Positions 17,012 through 26,210 of a stretch of 62,027 nucleotides of DNA are shown one piece after another. Under the pieces are notes generated by a model. It saw nothing but the letters and a program-made list of their open reading frames with translations. It was not told where the DNA came from and made no database searches. Each line of letters starts with the position of its first letter. Within the stretch, counting starts at the first letter, position 1. Origin of the DNA: Litorimonas sp. (GTDB lineage: Bacteria > Pseudomonadota > Alphaproteobacteria > Caulobacterales > Maricaulaceae). The position numbers and the translations under genes are program-made. The stretch lies in assembly GCA_039962885.1 (NCBI GenBank), contig JBDVGI010000022.1:1-62027 (forward strand). Reading direction: 5' to 3'.

Positions 17012-18997
17012 ATGAAAAAATTATTATTAACCGCATCTATCCTTGCCGTATCGGCGGGTCATGCATACGCTCAGGTCACGCCTGAAGCTCCCGTCACGAA
17101 TTTTGTGCCGCCAAATGTACAATTAAGTGACATTGTTCAACTGGGAACAGACAATAACGCTACTGTTGATCAAACAGGTGGTTCTGAAGGTGTCTCTGAC
17201 ATTAATCAGGCAGGCGACGATAATGTAGCGAGTGTGACACAATCAGAAACGTCTGGTGCGAGTAACACGTTCAATACACCTGCAAATATCGCAGACATTG
17301 ACCAAACTGGTTCAGTCAGCAATGCAGTTGTTACTCAAAATAATGGCGATGCTAGAGGCCCATCAAATACAGCTGTTATCCGCCAAGACGCGTTTCCACT
17401 CGCGACAACCCCGTCTGGTTTTAATTTAGACGCGGCCATCATACAAGATGGTACAGGCAACCAATCTAGCATTGTTCAAACTGGTGCAACATTTGGTGAT
17501 TCATCAGGCTTAAACGCTGTGAACAACCAAACAGGTAATGGAAACCTATCTGCAATTAATCAAGATGGTAATACTGATGCTAGCCCATTTACGGACGCCA
17601 GTGTAACGCAATCAGGTGACAACAACCAATCTGATGTATCACAATTTGGGAGTAACCTTTTAGGTACGGTAAACCAATTTGGTGTCGACAATAGTAGTTT
17701 CTTGACTCAGCAAGGTGATAACCACGTGGCTGATATTTTCCAAGATGGCGTGAATAACTCATCTGAAGTTAATCAGTTCTCTGTTGTGGGCGCTGGCGGT
17801 TCGGATGCTGATGTGGACCAAACAGGAGATGATAACATCTCTACGATTAATCAAAATGCGTTAGGTGATCCATCGGGTCTTATCTTTGCGACAGTTAATC
17901 AAAGCGGCAATGGTAATACTTCTGATGTTGCGCAAACGGCATCTAGTGCAAATTCTGGCGGGTTAATAGCGAATGTAAATCAGGGCGGCGATGGTAATGA
18001 TTTATTACTTACGCAAGAGGCTTCTGGTGATCCATCGGGCGGTCTTGCTGCATTTGTAGATCAATCTGGTAGCGATAACCTATCTGATATTACGCAAAGC
18101 GCATCGGGTTCACCGTCTGGCGCTGTTTTGGCTAATGTTGATCAGTCAGGTTCTGGCGGAACTGCGATTGTGATACAAAATGCTGATGGCGATTGGTCAG
18201 GCGCTTTTGCGGCTAACGTAAGTCAAGGCGGGTCTGATAATACAGCGTTTGTTGATCAAAATGTTGTTCAGGATTCTGTGAATTTTGCAAATGGGTCAGG
18301 CGCTTTTCTGGCAACAGTTACGCAAAACGGAACAAATGGCACAGCCGATATTAGCCAAAGTTCTGATACACGAAACGATAACGTGTTATTAGCCTCTATA
18401 GACCAGATCTCTGGAGACTTGAATTTTGCGTCTATTTCTCAGCAAGATGATGATAACACAGCTATCATCTCGCAGGACGGAGATACCAATAGTTCAACAA
18501 TTTTCCAAGATAGTGATGGCAATCCTGCAAATGGCGGCAATGGTGAAGCCCGCGGTAATACTGCGAGCAACACGCAAGTTGGTAGCGATAACATCTCAGC
18601 TATTAGACAAGGTCAGTTGAACAATTCAGCGACCGTTGAGCAAATTGGCGATGGAAATTCTAGTGATGTCGATCAAGCCTTAGGTTTCGATAATATTGCT
18701 CTAGTGGCACAAAACGGAACGGGCGGAATATCAAATGTTCTGCAACGCGGGAATGGTCAATTTGCTTCGCTTCTACAATCTGGTTTGGATAATGAGAGCA
18801 ATATTTCGCAAGACGATGGCCTTACCGGCACAGGTGGAAACCAAGCTTTCGTAACGCAAAGCTCTGATGATAACCTTAGCAATATCTTGCAAGAAGGCAC
18901 AGGCAATGTTGCGACTGTTAATCAGACTGTGACTAACGGGAATGTGTCAAACATTACGCAAACAGGCAGTGGTAATATTGCGACTGTTAATCAGTAA
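17012..18997 (+). CDS. csgA: Very long curlin-repeat amyloid subunit (CsgA-like 1, ~24 repeats)
   Basis: Sec signal (MKKLLL..AYA), then continuous N-x-A/S-x-I/V-x-Q-x-G repeats ending exactly at ..NIATVNQ. Start moved from TTG 17000 to ATG 17012 because of the RBS. Confidence 0.88.
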   Translation: MKKLLLTASILAVSAGHAYAQVTPEAPVTNFVPPNVQLSDIVQLGTDNNATVDQTGGSEGVSDINQAGDDNVASVTQSETSGASNTFNTPANIADIDQTGSVSNAVVTQNNGDARGPSNTAVIRQDAFPLATTPSGFNLDAAIIQDGTGNQSSIVQTGATFGDSSGLNAVNNQTGNGNLSAINQDGNTDASPFTDASVTQSGDNNQSDVSQFGSNLLGTVNQFGVDNSSFLTQQGDNHVADIFQDGVNNSSEVNQFSVVGAGGSDADVDQTGDDNISTINQNALGDPSGLIFATVNQSGNGNTSDVAQTASSANSGGLIANVNQGGDGNDLLLTQEASGDPSGGLAAFVDQSGSDNLSDITQSASGSPSGAVLANVDQSGSGGTAIVIQNADGDWSGAFAANVSQGGSDNTAFVDQNVVQDSVNFANGSGAFLATVTQNGTNGTADISQSSDTRNDNVLLASIDQISGDLNFASISQQDDDNTAIISQDGDTNSSTIFQDSDGNPANGGNGEARGNTASNTQVGSDNISAIRQGQLNNSATVEQIGDGNSSDVDQALGFDNIALVAQNGTGGISNVLQRGNGQFASLLQSGLDNESNISQDDGLTGTGGNQAFVTQSSDDNLSNILQEGTGNVATVNQTVTNGNVSNITQTGSGNIATVNQ

Positions 18998-19007
18998 ACC
19001 TCATAGA

Positions 19008-19034
19008 ATCGGCAGGCCAATCAGGCCTGCCGAT
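19008..19034 (+). terminator. GC-rich intercistronic hairpin (no U-tract)
   Basis: atcggcaggcc-aatca-ggcctgccgat, 11-bp perfect stem. Confidence 0.6.
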
Positions 19035-19061
19035 AAATCATTAATAATTTAGGAAAACGAT

Positions 19062-20594
19062 ATGAATAAATTACTTATTATATCCACCTCGCTCTTAACA
19101 ATGTCATCTTTTGGTGCTTATGCGCAAACTGTACAAACATCAGACATAGTGCAAACGGGAATAGAAAACTCGGCTACGGTTGATCAAACCTTAGGGCAAG
19201 AAGGTATCTCTGATATCACGCAGAACGGCAGTGAAAATACATCATCTGTGACACAAAGCGAAAACTTGATTGGGAGTGACACCTTCACGATTCCAGCTAA
19301 TGTCGCTACGATTGAACAAGATGGTAATGAACAAAGCGCTACCATCACCCAAGTGAATGAAGTGACTCCGACAACAGGCCCAACAAATTCCTCAACTATC
19401 CTCCAAAGTGATGATGGCTCCGGAGCCTTGACGTCTGATGGATTTACACTTCAAGCAACTTCCACGCAAAATGGGACAGGCAATACGGGTTTAATCATAC
19501 AGACAGGCAGCGACAACTTTGCTCTGACGGAACAAAATGGCCAAACGAATGACAGTTTTGTTACGCAAGAAAACATTAATAACCGTGCATTTCTAAATGA
19601 GCAGGGTTTTGGTTTTAACCTTAATGGAGCAAATAACACCTCTGCCATTACGCAAACAGGTCAAGATAATCTGGCTCGCGTTGATCAAGATGGTGATTTT
19701 TTAAGCAGCGATATTTTGCAAACAGGTGACGGTAACCGCGCGCGTGTTCGTGATCAAAATGCGTCAAATAACAGCTCCATTATTATCCAAGACGGTAATG
19801 ACAATGATGCTGATATTAATGACCAAGGCGCGGAACCTGGAACTGCCAATCTCGGCAGCGGCAATATCAGTACGATCTTGCAAACAGGCGATAGTAACTT
19901 GGCAAGCTTGAACCAAACCGGAAATAACAATTTGAGTGAAACAGTCCAAGATGGCTTCTCTGATGTTACGGGTGTCGTTCAAACCGGCAATGGCAATGAA
20001 AGCTTTGTTCTTCAGCTAGATACTGGGTCTGATAATGAAGCTCAAGTTACGCAAAGCGGCGATGGTGGCACAAGTAATGTGTCACAAGGCGCAGGCTCTA
20101 ACAATATTGCAACCCTTGTGCAAGCAGGCGAAGGCAATGCTTCCGTTATTGTTCAAGATGGTAATGATAATATTGCTTTTGTTGAGCAAGCCTTGGAAAA
20201 TAATAGCTCCGATGTTTTACAAATTGGTGACAATAACGAAGCTAATGTTGATCAAACGGGCGTCATAGGCGAGTCTGTGAGTATCGTACAAATTGGCTCT
20301 GAAAACTACAGCGAACTTGATGACACAGGTAATGATAATGCCTCTGACATTTTGCAAACTGGGACATTAAACTATGCGGATGTTCTTCAAACAGGATTTG
20401 ATAACCTATCTGAAATTTTTCAAGATGGAGCATCAAACCGAGCAGAGGTGACTCAAGGGTCGGATGGTAATTTAAGTTCAATCATCCAAACTGGAACGTC
20501 CAATCTCGCGGTGGTTGATCAATCTGTGACGTCAGGAAATGTGTCGAACATTTTACAAGACGGAACGTCTAACCTCGCAACTGTCCTACAATAA
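19062..20594 (+). CDS. Long curlin-repeat amyloid subunit (CsgA-like 2, ~20 repeats)
   Basis: Signal ..AYA-Q. About 40 Q-terminated beta-strand motifs. Termini clearly homologous to curlin 1. Confidence 0.88.
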   Translation: MNKLLIISTSLLTMSSFGAYAQTVQTSDIVQTGIENSATVDQTLGQEGISDITQNGSENTSSVTQSENLIGSDTFTIPANVATIEQDGNEQSATITQVNEVTPTTGPTNSSTILQSDDGSGALTSDGFTLQATSTQNGTGNTGLIIQTGSDNFALTEQNGQTNDSFVTQENINNRAFLNEQGFGFNLNGANNTSAITQTGQDNLARVDQDGDFLSSDILQTGDGNRARVRDQNASNNSSIIIQDGNDNDADINDQGAEPGTANLGSGNISTILQTGDSNLASLNQTGNNNLSETVQDGFSDVTGVVQTGNGNESFVLQLDTGSDNEAQVTQSGDGGTSNVSQGAGSNNIATLVQAGEGNASVIVQDGNDNIAFVEQALENNSSDVLQIGDNNEANVDQTGVIGESVSIVQIGSENYSELDDTGNDNASDILQTGTLNYADVLQTGFDNLSEIFQDGASNRAEVTQGSDGNLSSIIQTGTSNLAVVDQSVTSGNVSNILQDGTSNLATVLQ

Positions 20595-20613
20595 TATTGA
20601 ATGTATATTCAGG

Positions 20614-20631
20614 GGTGCCCTTAAGGGCACC
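20614..20631. terminator. Intercistronic palindrome/hairpin
   Basis: GGTGCCCTTAAGGGCACC perfect palindrome after curlin 2. Confidence 0.5.
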
Positions 20632-20645
20632 TAACCTTCTAATAT

Positions 20646-21470
20646 ATGAGACATGATATGATACAGCTATTATCAAAACAAATCGCCGGGAAAGGGTTGC
20701 CTTTAGGCCTTATAACGGGCGCAATTCTTGTTGCCCTCGGCCAAGATGTTGTAGCGCAAGATAATATTGCGATTGCGTCTAGTTTGGTTCAAGTTGAACA
20801 AATAGGACAAGCAAATTTAGCTTTGGTCACGGTTGCTGAGCAAAATGTTGTAACGGCAAACCAGAATGGCCAAAACAACACTTTAGTTTTATCAGTTGAC
20901 GGTCAAAATAATGGCATCAATCAATCGCCCTTGAATATAGAACAATCAGGGCAAGGTAATCGTGCCTTGGTGACGATTACAGGGGATGAGAATGATCTTG
21001 TCATCACGCAAAATAGTGACGGCGCGATCAATGATGTTGTTGTCAATCAGGACGGGCAATTTAATTCTGCGAGTATCACCCAAGATGCGACCGGACTTTT
21101 TGACGGGCTTGCGAACCAAGCAGAGCTGAATCAGATTGGTCAAAATAATTTTGCAAATATTACGCAAACCGCTTTTGCATCTGGAACAACGCTTTTCAAT
21201 AACGACGTTCTTATAAATCAAACAGGTAATGATAATATAGCAAACTCTACACAGTCAGGTGTGAATAATAGATCTGAACAAGAACAGGTTGGGGATAGAA
21301 ATCAATCTGAAATTATTCAAACAGGCAATGATAATGTTGCGGTTCATCGACAATTTGGAAATGACTTAACCGTTCCTTCGGACCTTGGCGGTCTTGTTAT
21401 CGAACAAACAGGCGGAGCAACTATTTTAGTTGAGCAATATAGCGCAGACTTCGCGCCTTTGCCGCAATAA
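20646..21470 (+). CDS. csgB: Minor curlin / nucleator (CsgB-like)
   Basis: Signal peptide and curlin repeats, with a degenerate C-terminal repeat (IEQTGGATILVEQY) resembling CsgB ends. Confidence 0.65.
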   Translation: MRHDMIQLLSKQIAGKGLPLGLITGAILVALGQDVVAQDNIAIASSLVQVEQIGQANLALVTVAEQNVVTANQNGQNNTLVLSVDGQNNGINQSPLNIEQSGQGNRALVTITGDENDLVITQNSDGAINDVVVNQDGQFNSASITQDATGLFDGLANQAELNQIGQNNFANITQTAFASGTTLFNNDVLINQTGNDNIANSTQSGVNNRSEQEQVGDRNQSEIIQTGNDNVAVHRQFGNDLTVPSDLGGLVIEQTGGATILVEQYSADFAPLPQ

Positions 21471-21484
21471 TAATTAGATAAATA

Positions 21485-22165
21485 ATGTTTGGATTGGGAT
21501 ATTTTATGAGCAGCGCCAAATTGCATCAAGGCACATCTTTGCTAAGCCTTACGCGAATATTGGCTTTATGTTGTATTATTTCTACCTATTTTCTAACGGC
21601 ATGCTCACATAGTGCTCAGTTAGACAATCCTCCATTAAATAAAGCTGGCATAAAAAATGACACAGGCCAGCAGGGTGATTTATCCCATCAAAGCTCCCAG
21701 CTTGCTCCGTCTGTCAGCGTGTCGCAAATTGGTGATAAATCACAAACTTTAACCACTCCGCAAATAGATGCACCATCCCAGACGAAACCGCAATTATCCG
21801 TAGAACAGCTTCGTATATTTGCGGATCGTTGCGAGAAGGATAGCCCGACACCTCCGCCAGAAGGCCTAGATTGTTCTGAAATAGATTTGCGTATGCAACG
21901 CCTTCTGAGCGCTGATGATAATATTATTGATGCTTTAATAACATTGGGACAATTGGGCCGAAATGATAATTTGGCACGAACAATAGATGATTTAAATGTT
22001 GGGACGTCGCGGCAGACATTGATAGGCGGAGCTATTGGTGGCGGGTTCGTAAATCCTCCTCCGCCGCCAGAAACCGCAACGCCTGAACCTAGTCCAGAGC
22101 TTGAACAGTTTTTGCAAGACAATGGATTAATTCTTAATCAATTTATTATCCCGCAAGGGCCGTGA
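21485..22165 (+). CDS. Hypothetical lipoprotein in the curli operon
   Basis: Lipobox FLTAC, Cys pair DRCEK..LDCSE, Pro-rich tail. Starts 14 bp after the csgB-like stop. Confidence 0.65.
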   Translation: MFGLGYFMSSAKLHQGTSLLSLTRILALCCIISTYFLTACSHSAQLDNPPLNKAGIKNDTGQQGDLSHQSSQLAPSVSVSQIGDKSQTLTTPQIDAPSQTKPQLSVEQLRIFADRCEKDSPTPPPEGLDCSEIDLRMQRLLSADDNIIDALITLGQLGRNDNLARTIDDLNVGTSRQTLIGGAIGGGFVNPPPPPETATPEPSPELEQFLQDNGLILNQFIIPQGP

Positions 22166-22243
22166 TGGGGAAACAGGTAAGTAAATTTGAATTCATTAGA
22201 CTACATAAAACACAATGTTTGATTATTGATTACATACCCAAAA

Positions 22244-22335
22244 TCCAGATTTAAATTTCCAGATTTAAATCTCGATCGTCGGACATGCCCCCCGGCCGAC
22301 GTGAGGGCCTGATGCAAGATTGTATCAGGCCTTCA
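22244..22335 (+). other. Tandem repeat plus two hairpins downstream of the curli operon
   Basis: tccagatttaaat x2 (14-bp period), cgtcgg..ccgacg, and a 16-bp stem at 22302-22335. Confidence 0.55.
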
Positions 22336-22401
22336 ACTTGAAAGTGACGTAAATGCGACTTGAAATATGAGATAATAATTTCACGAAAGATTGGGAGATA
22401 T

Positions 22402-23016
22402 ATGCAAGTTCTACATAAAAATTCATACCATCAAATATTGATCAAACCTGCTCTGTGCGCAGCCGTAATTTTACTCGCCTCATCATGCCATGCGGCGGAT
22501 CAAACGAAAGCTCCGCAAGATTCAGCCGTGCTTTCTACACCGCCAAACGAAGAACCTATCTCTCAAATCCATGAAGGGCCATCTGTGACAGATCAACACA
22601 ACAATGCTAGAGTCCGCGCGCAAAAATTAAGAGATCAATCACGCGCACGTATAGAAAAGCGTAAAGCCGAGGCATATACGCGCCGCGCGGCTCAACAAAC
22701 GACCCGCGATGAGGCCCGCAAACTTCACAATGATTTTAAATCTGACTTATTGGCGATGTTATTGGAAGACGGCCTTATAGATAAGCAAGACTATCCATCA
22801 GAGTATGATGTGAAATTCACATATATATCCGCAGATATAATAATGAATGACACCAATCTATCCAAACGGTTTGAACAACGCTATGAGATGTTGTGGAAGA
22901 GATATAACCGTGTAATTTCAGACCCATCATATATTGTGATTACGCCAAATAGCTATGAAATACGAGAGAGCCCCCCGTCTGGCGGAAATTATCATTACAA
23001 GGCACAGTTCAATTAA
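22402..23016 (+). CDS. Hypothetical exported/lipoprotein
   Basis: GGGAGA RBS before ATG 22402, LLASSC lipobox-like, R/A/Q-rich helix and a DGLI motif. Confidence 0.6.
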   Translation: MQVLHKNSYHQILIKPALCAAVILLASSCHAADQTKAPQDSAVLSTPPNEEPISQIHEGPSVTDQHNNARVRAQKLRDQSRARIEKRKAEAYTRRAAQQTTRDEARKLHNDFKSDLLAMLLEDGLIDKQDYPSEYDVKFTYISADIIMNDTNLSKRFEQRYEMLWKRYNRVISDPSYIVITPNSYEIRESPPSGGNYHYKAQFN

Positions 23017-23180
23017 CGTGACAGGCTTGTTTGAGCCCAAATAACTTTTCTATGAATAGAGTGTTGTATGGTTGGCGTTTTTTCGCTATTGCGCCCTTTA
23101 GTAACTTTAAATCAGGTATATACTGCCCATATTAGGCATAGCTTGAATAAATCTACGTGAATTAAGTTTAAGAGGACCCA

Positions 23181-23963
23181 ATGGCTAAAAAAGAAAATCC
23201 TGTATCCGTTAGCGGAAATGTCATGTTTTACACAAAACCTGTGCCGCTGACCAAAGATGCTCATGCTAAATTCGGTGTGCAGCAAGTCACAAAGCCTTAT
23301 ACCTTTATGGAAAAGCAACATTTTATGCCTTTGACGGCAAATGAATTTGGGGCTGCATCTGCGTCTTTCCCGATTATATTTGCAGGCGAAGAGCGCTCTC
23401 CCTTGGGTGTTATGGGCATTCGGACTAACGAAAACCTTTTCGTGAATGACGGTCAATTTGCATTAGATTTTTATATGCCGTCATTTGCACGCCGCTACCC
23501 ATTTGTTCTGGCGGGCGATACAAAAAATGATCGTTTTGTTGTATGCGTTGATGAAGATGCGGAATGCGTCACCAATAAAAACCCACAACAACCTTTCTTT
23601 GACAAAGATGACACGACGAGCTTCACAAAAGAAGCTTTCCAATTTTTACAAAATTACGAGCGTGACCGCCAAGCGACAGAAGTTTTAATCAATAGATTTA
23701 AAGAGCTTGATTTATTCGAACCAAAAGAAATGAATTTCCAAGGTCAAAATGCGGATGGCAGTCCTGCGGAACGTCAAAAAATTGCTGATTATTTCGCTGT
23801 CTCTGAAGAAAAACTCAAAGCGCTTCCTATCGAGACTCTCAAAGAGTTTAACGAGATGGGGTATTTGGCTGTTGCACATGCGCATTTAGTATCGCTAGGC
23901 AACTGGCAGCGTCTTGTGAACATGACTTTGCGTCTTTCCCAAGTGGAACAAGCAGCTCAATAA
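23181..23963 (+). CDS. SapC family protein
   Basis: PLTANEF..A...FPIIF, G....ENLFV, YMPSFARRYPF, AHAHLVSLGN. Confidence 0.85.
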   Translation: MAKKENPVSVSGNVMFYTKPVPLTKDAHAKFGVQQVTKPYTFMEKQHFMPLTANEFGAASASFPIIFAGEERSPLGVMGIRTNENLFVNDGQFALDFYMPSFARRYPFVLAGDTKNDRFVVCVDEDAECVTNKNPQQPFFDKDDTTSFTKEAFQFLQNYERDRQATEVLINRFKELDLFEPKEMNFQGQNADGSPAERQKIADYFAVSEEKLKALPIETLKEFNEMGYLAVAHAHLVSLGNWQRLVNMTLRLSQVEQAAQ

Positions 23964-23985
23964 GCCGCGCGTCATAGTCTACGAT

Positions 23986-24013
23986 AAAACCTAGCTTATG
24001 GCTGGGTTTTTTT
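23986..24013 (+). terminator. Intrinsic terminator
   Basis: aaaacctagc-ttatg-gctgggttttttt. Confidence 0.75.
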
Positions 24014-24113
24014 ATGCGAGGACCTTTACTGTAGGTTTGCGGCAGATTTCAAATTGACGTGAGTCTCGTATAAGAGAGTCGTATATTTAAGATTTAACGG
24101 CTAAGGGCAGGGC

Positions 24114-26189
24114 ATGATACGATTTCTGACAATAATATTAGCGACCATTTGTCTATGGATAAGCCTCTTAATGCCCGCAGCTGCGCGGCAATCCTTGCCC
24201 GTTGATACTGGGAAGGTAACATCAAGCCTTGTCTCTACGCATGATATGGTTTCGCCGGGGCAGTCTTTTTATGTGGCCTTGCGCACGCAACTTGATGAGG
24301 GTTGGCATATTTATTGGCGAAACCCTGGGGATAGCGGCGAGCCTATGCAAATAGATTGGGACTTGCCGGCAGGCGTTAAGATGGGCCAGATCGACTGGCC
24401 ATTACCGCACAGAATTCCAACAGGCCCGATTGTAAATTATGGATTTGAAGGCACGCCGTTATTTCCTATTGAATTTACCGTACCTACGAGCGCGAAGACA
24501 GGGGATATTGTTACGCTAAGCGCGCAGTTTTACTATCTTGTTTGTAAAGACGTTTGCATTCCTGAAAACGGGGCCGCGAAGATTTTAATCGAAATAGGAC
24601 AGCCCGTAGAAGATGCGCTGTGGCGAACGGAAATCGAAACAGCCCTCATTGCTGTTCCGCGAAAATCTGGAGTGCAGGGCGCCATTCGTAAAGTTGATGG
24701 TAGCCTTGATATGCGCTTTGCGGATCTCCCAAATGGTGATTTTTCAGATGCATATTTCTTCCCTTATGAACAGGGGATTGTACTGCATAGCCAAGCTCAA
24801 ACCGCTCAAAACGGCGCGGACGGAATTTCACTCACAACTGGGGCAGATTACCTCTGGGATGAGGGAGCTACTCCTGAAGCTGTCACAGGCGTTTTAACCT
24901 ATACGGAAGATGGTATTTACCACGGTGTTGAAGTTGATCTCATTGCTAATGCGGATGTGAACATTGGTTTGCCTAACGCGGTAAGGACTGTGGGCGGGGT
25001 CACATTCTGGGGCGCGGTCATAGGGGCATTTTTTGGAGGTTTGGTTTTAAACCTCATGCCATGCGTGTTTCCTATCATTTCTCTCAAGGCGCTAAGCTTA
25101 TCGAAATCCGCCCATAGTGAACGTGCGGCGTCACGCCGCTTGGCTTGGGCCTATACAATCGGTGTTCTTGCAACATTTCTGCTGCTGGCGATTATATTAA
25201 TTATTCTCAAAACGACAGGGTCGCAAATTGGGTGGGGCTTTCAGCTCCAATCGCCCAAAGTTGTGGGGCTGCTGGCGTTATTGCTTTTTGTTATTGGTTT
25301 GAACTTATTAGGCGTGTTTGAATTTGGAGGAGGCCTACAAAATACAGGCGCGGCTCTGACACAAAAAGACGGCTGGTCTGGGTCGTTCTTTACGGGCGCT
25401 TTGGCCGTCATTGTTGCCACGCCTTGCACCGCGCCGTTTATGGCGGGGGCTGTTGGTTATGCCTTGGCGCAATCTGCTGTGATTATGGTGGCTATATTTA
25501 TGGCGTTAGGCTTTGGCTTTGCCTTGCCATTTTTGATATTAGGCTACACGCCCGCGCTTTTGACAAAACTTCCAAAACCTGGCCCTTGGATGGAACGCTT
25601 TAAAGAGTTGTTGGCCTTTCCTATGTTCGCCGCCGCAATATGGCTCGTCTGGGTGTTAAGTCTGCAAACAGGGTCACTGGGTGTGTTAATTGTTCTGACG
25701 GCAGGATTAACGGCGGCTCTTGGAGTTTGGTTGTTCAAATTCTCAGTCAGATGGGTGAAGGGTTTGGCTATTGCCGCGGCTCTGCTGGCTGTGTACCTGC
25801 CATTGATAGTGTCGTCACCGCAAGCGGACGCGCTCCAAACGACCAAAGCCGCGCAAGCTTGGAGCCCAGACGCCATAGCGCAAAACCTATCGGAAGGCCG
25901 TAATGTTTTTGTAGATTTTACAGCGGCATGGTGTGTGACTTGTAAGGTCAATGAAATTTCCGTCCTGAACAAGAAACCTGTTCAAGAGATGTTTGCGCAA
26001 ACAAATACGGTGGTGTTAATTGCGGATTGGACAAATAAAGATGATGTCATCGCTGCTGAACTGGCGAGCTATGGCCGTGCAGGGGTTCCGCTCTATCTTG
26101 TGTTTACGCCCACAACAGGTTATGAAAAAGGGCAAGTTTTGCCTCAGATATTGAGCTATGATGTCATAAAAGAGGCTTTAGACCGCTAA
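24114..26189 (+). CDS. dsbD: Thiol:disulfide interchange protein, DsbD family
   Basis: GWHIYWRNPGDSG, LVCKDVCIP, NLMPCVFP, ATPCTAP, FTAAWCVTC. Confidence 0.9.
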   Translation: MIRFLTIILATICLWISLLMPAAARQSLPVDTGKVTSSLVSTHDMVSPGQSFYVALRTQLDEGWHIYWRNPGDSGEPMQIDWDLPAGVKMGQIDWPLPHRIPTGPIVNYGFEGTPLFPIEFTVPTSAKTGDIVTLSAQFYYLVCKDVCIPENGAAKILIEIGQPVEDALWRTEIETALIAVPRKSGVQGAIRKVDGSLDMRFADLPNGDFSDAYFFPYEQGIVLHSQAQTAQNGADGISLTTGADYLWDEGATPEAVTGVLTYTEDGIYHGVEVDLIANADVNIGLPNAVRTVGGVTFWGAVIGAFFGGLVLNLMPCVFPIISLKALSLSKSAHSERAASRRLAWAYTIGVLATFLLLAIILIILKTTGSQIGWGFQLQSPKVVGLLALLLFVIGLNLLGVFEFGGGLQNTGAALTQKDGWSGSFFTGALAVIVATPCTAPFMAGAVGYALAQSAVIMVAIFMALGFGFALPFLILGYTPALLTKLPKPGPWMERFKELLAFPMFAAAIWLVWVLSLQTGSLGVLIVLTAGLTAALGVWLFKFSVRWVKGLAIAAALLAVYLPLIVSSPQADALQTTKAAQAWSPDAIAQNLSEGRNVFVDFTAAWCVTCKVNEISVLNKKPVQEMFAQTNTVVLIADWTNKDDVIAAELASYGRAGVPLYLVFTPTTGYEKGQVLPQILSYDVIKEALDR

Positions 26190-26210
26190 ATAGACCGATA
26201 GGAGATTTCG

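Noticed and set aside
14030-23100. Curli locus as a mobile genomic island
   Set aside because: No integrase, transposase, tRNA or flanking direct repeat seen. AT-richness alone is insufficient.
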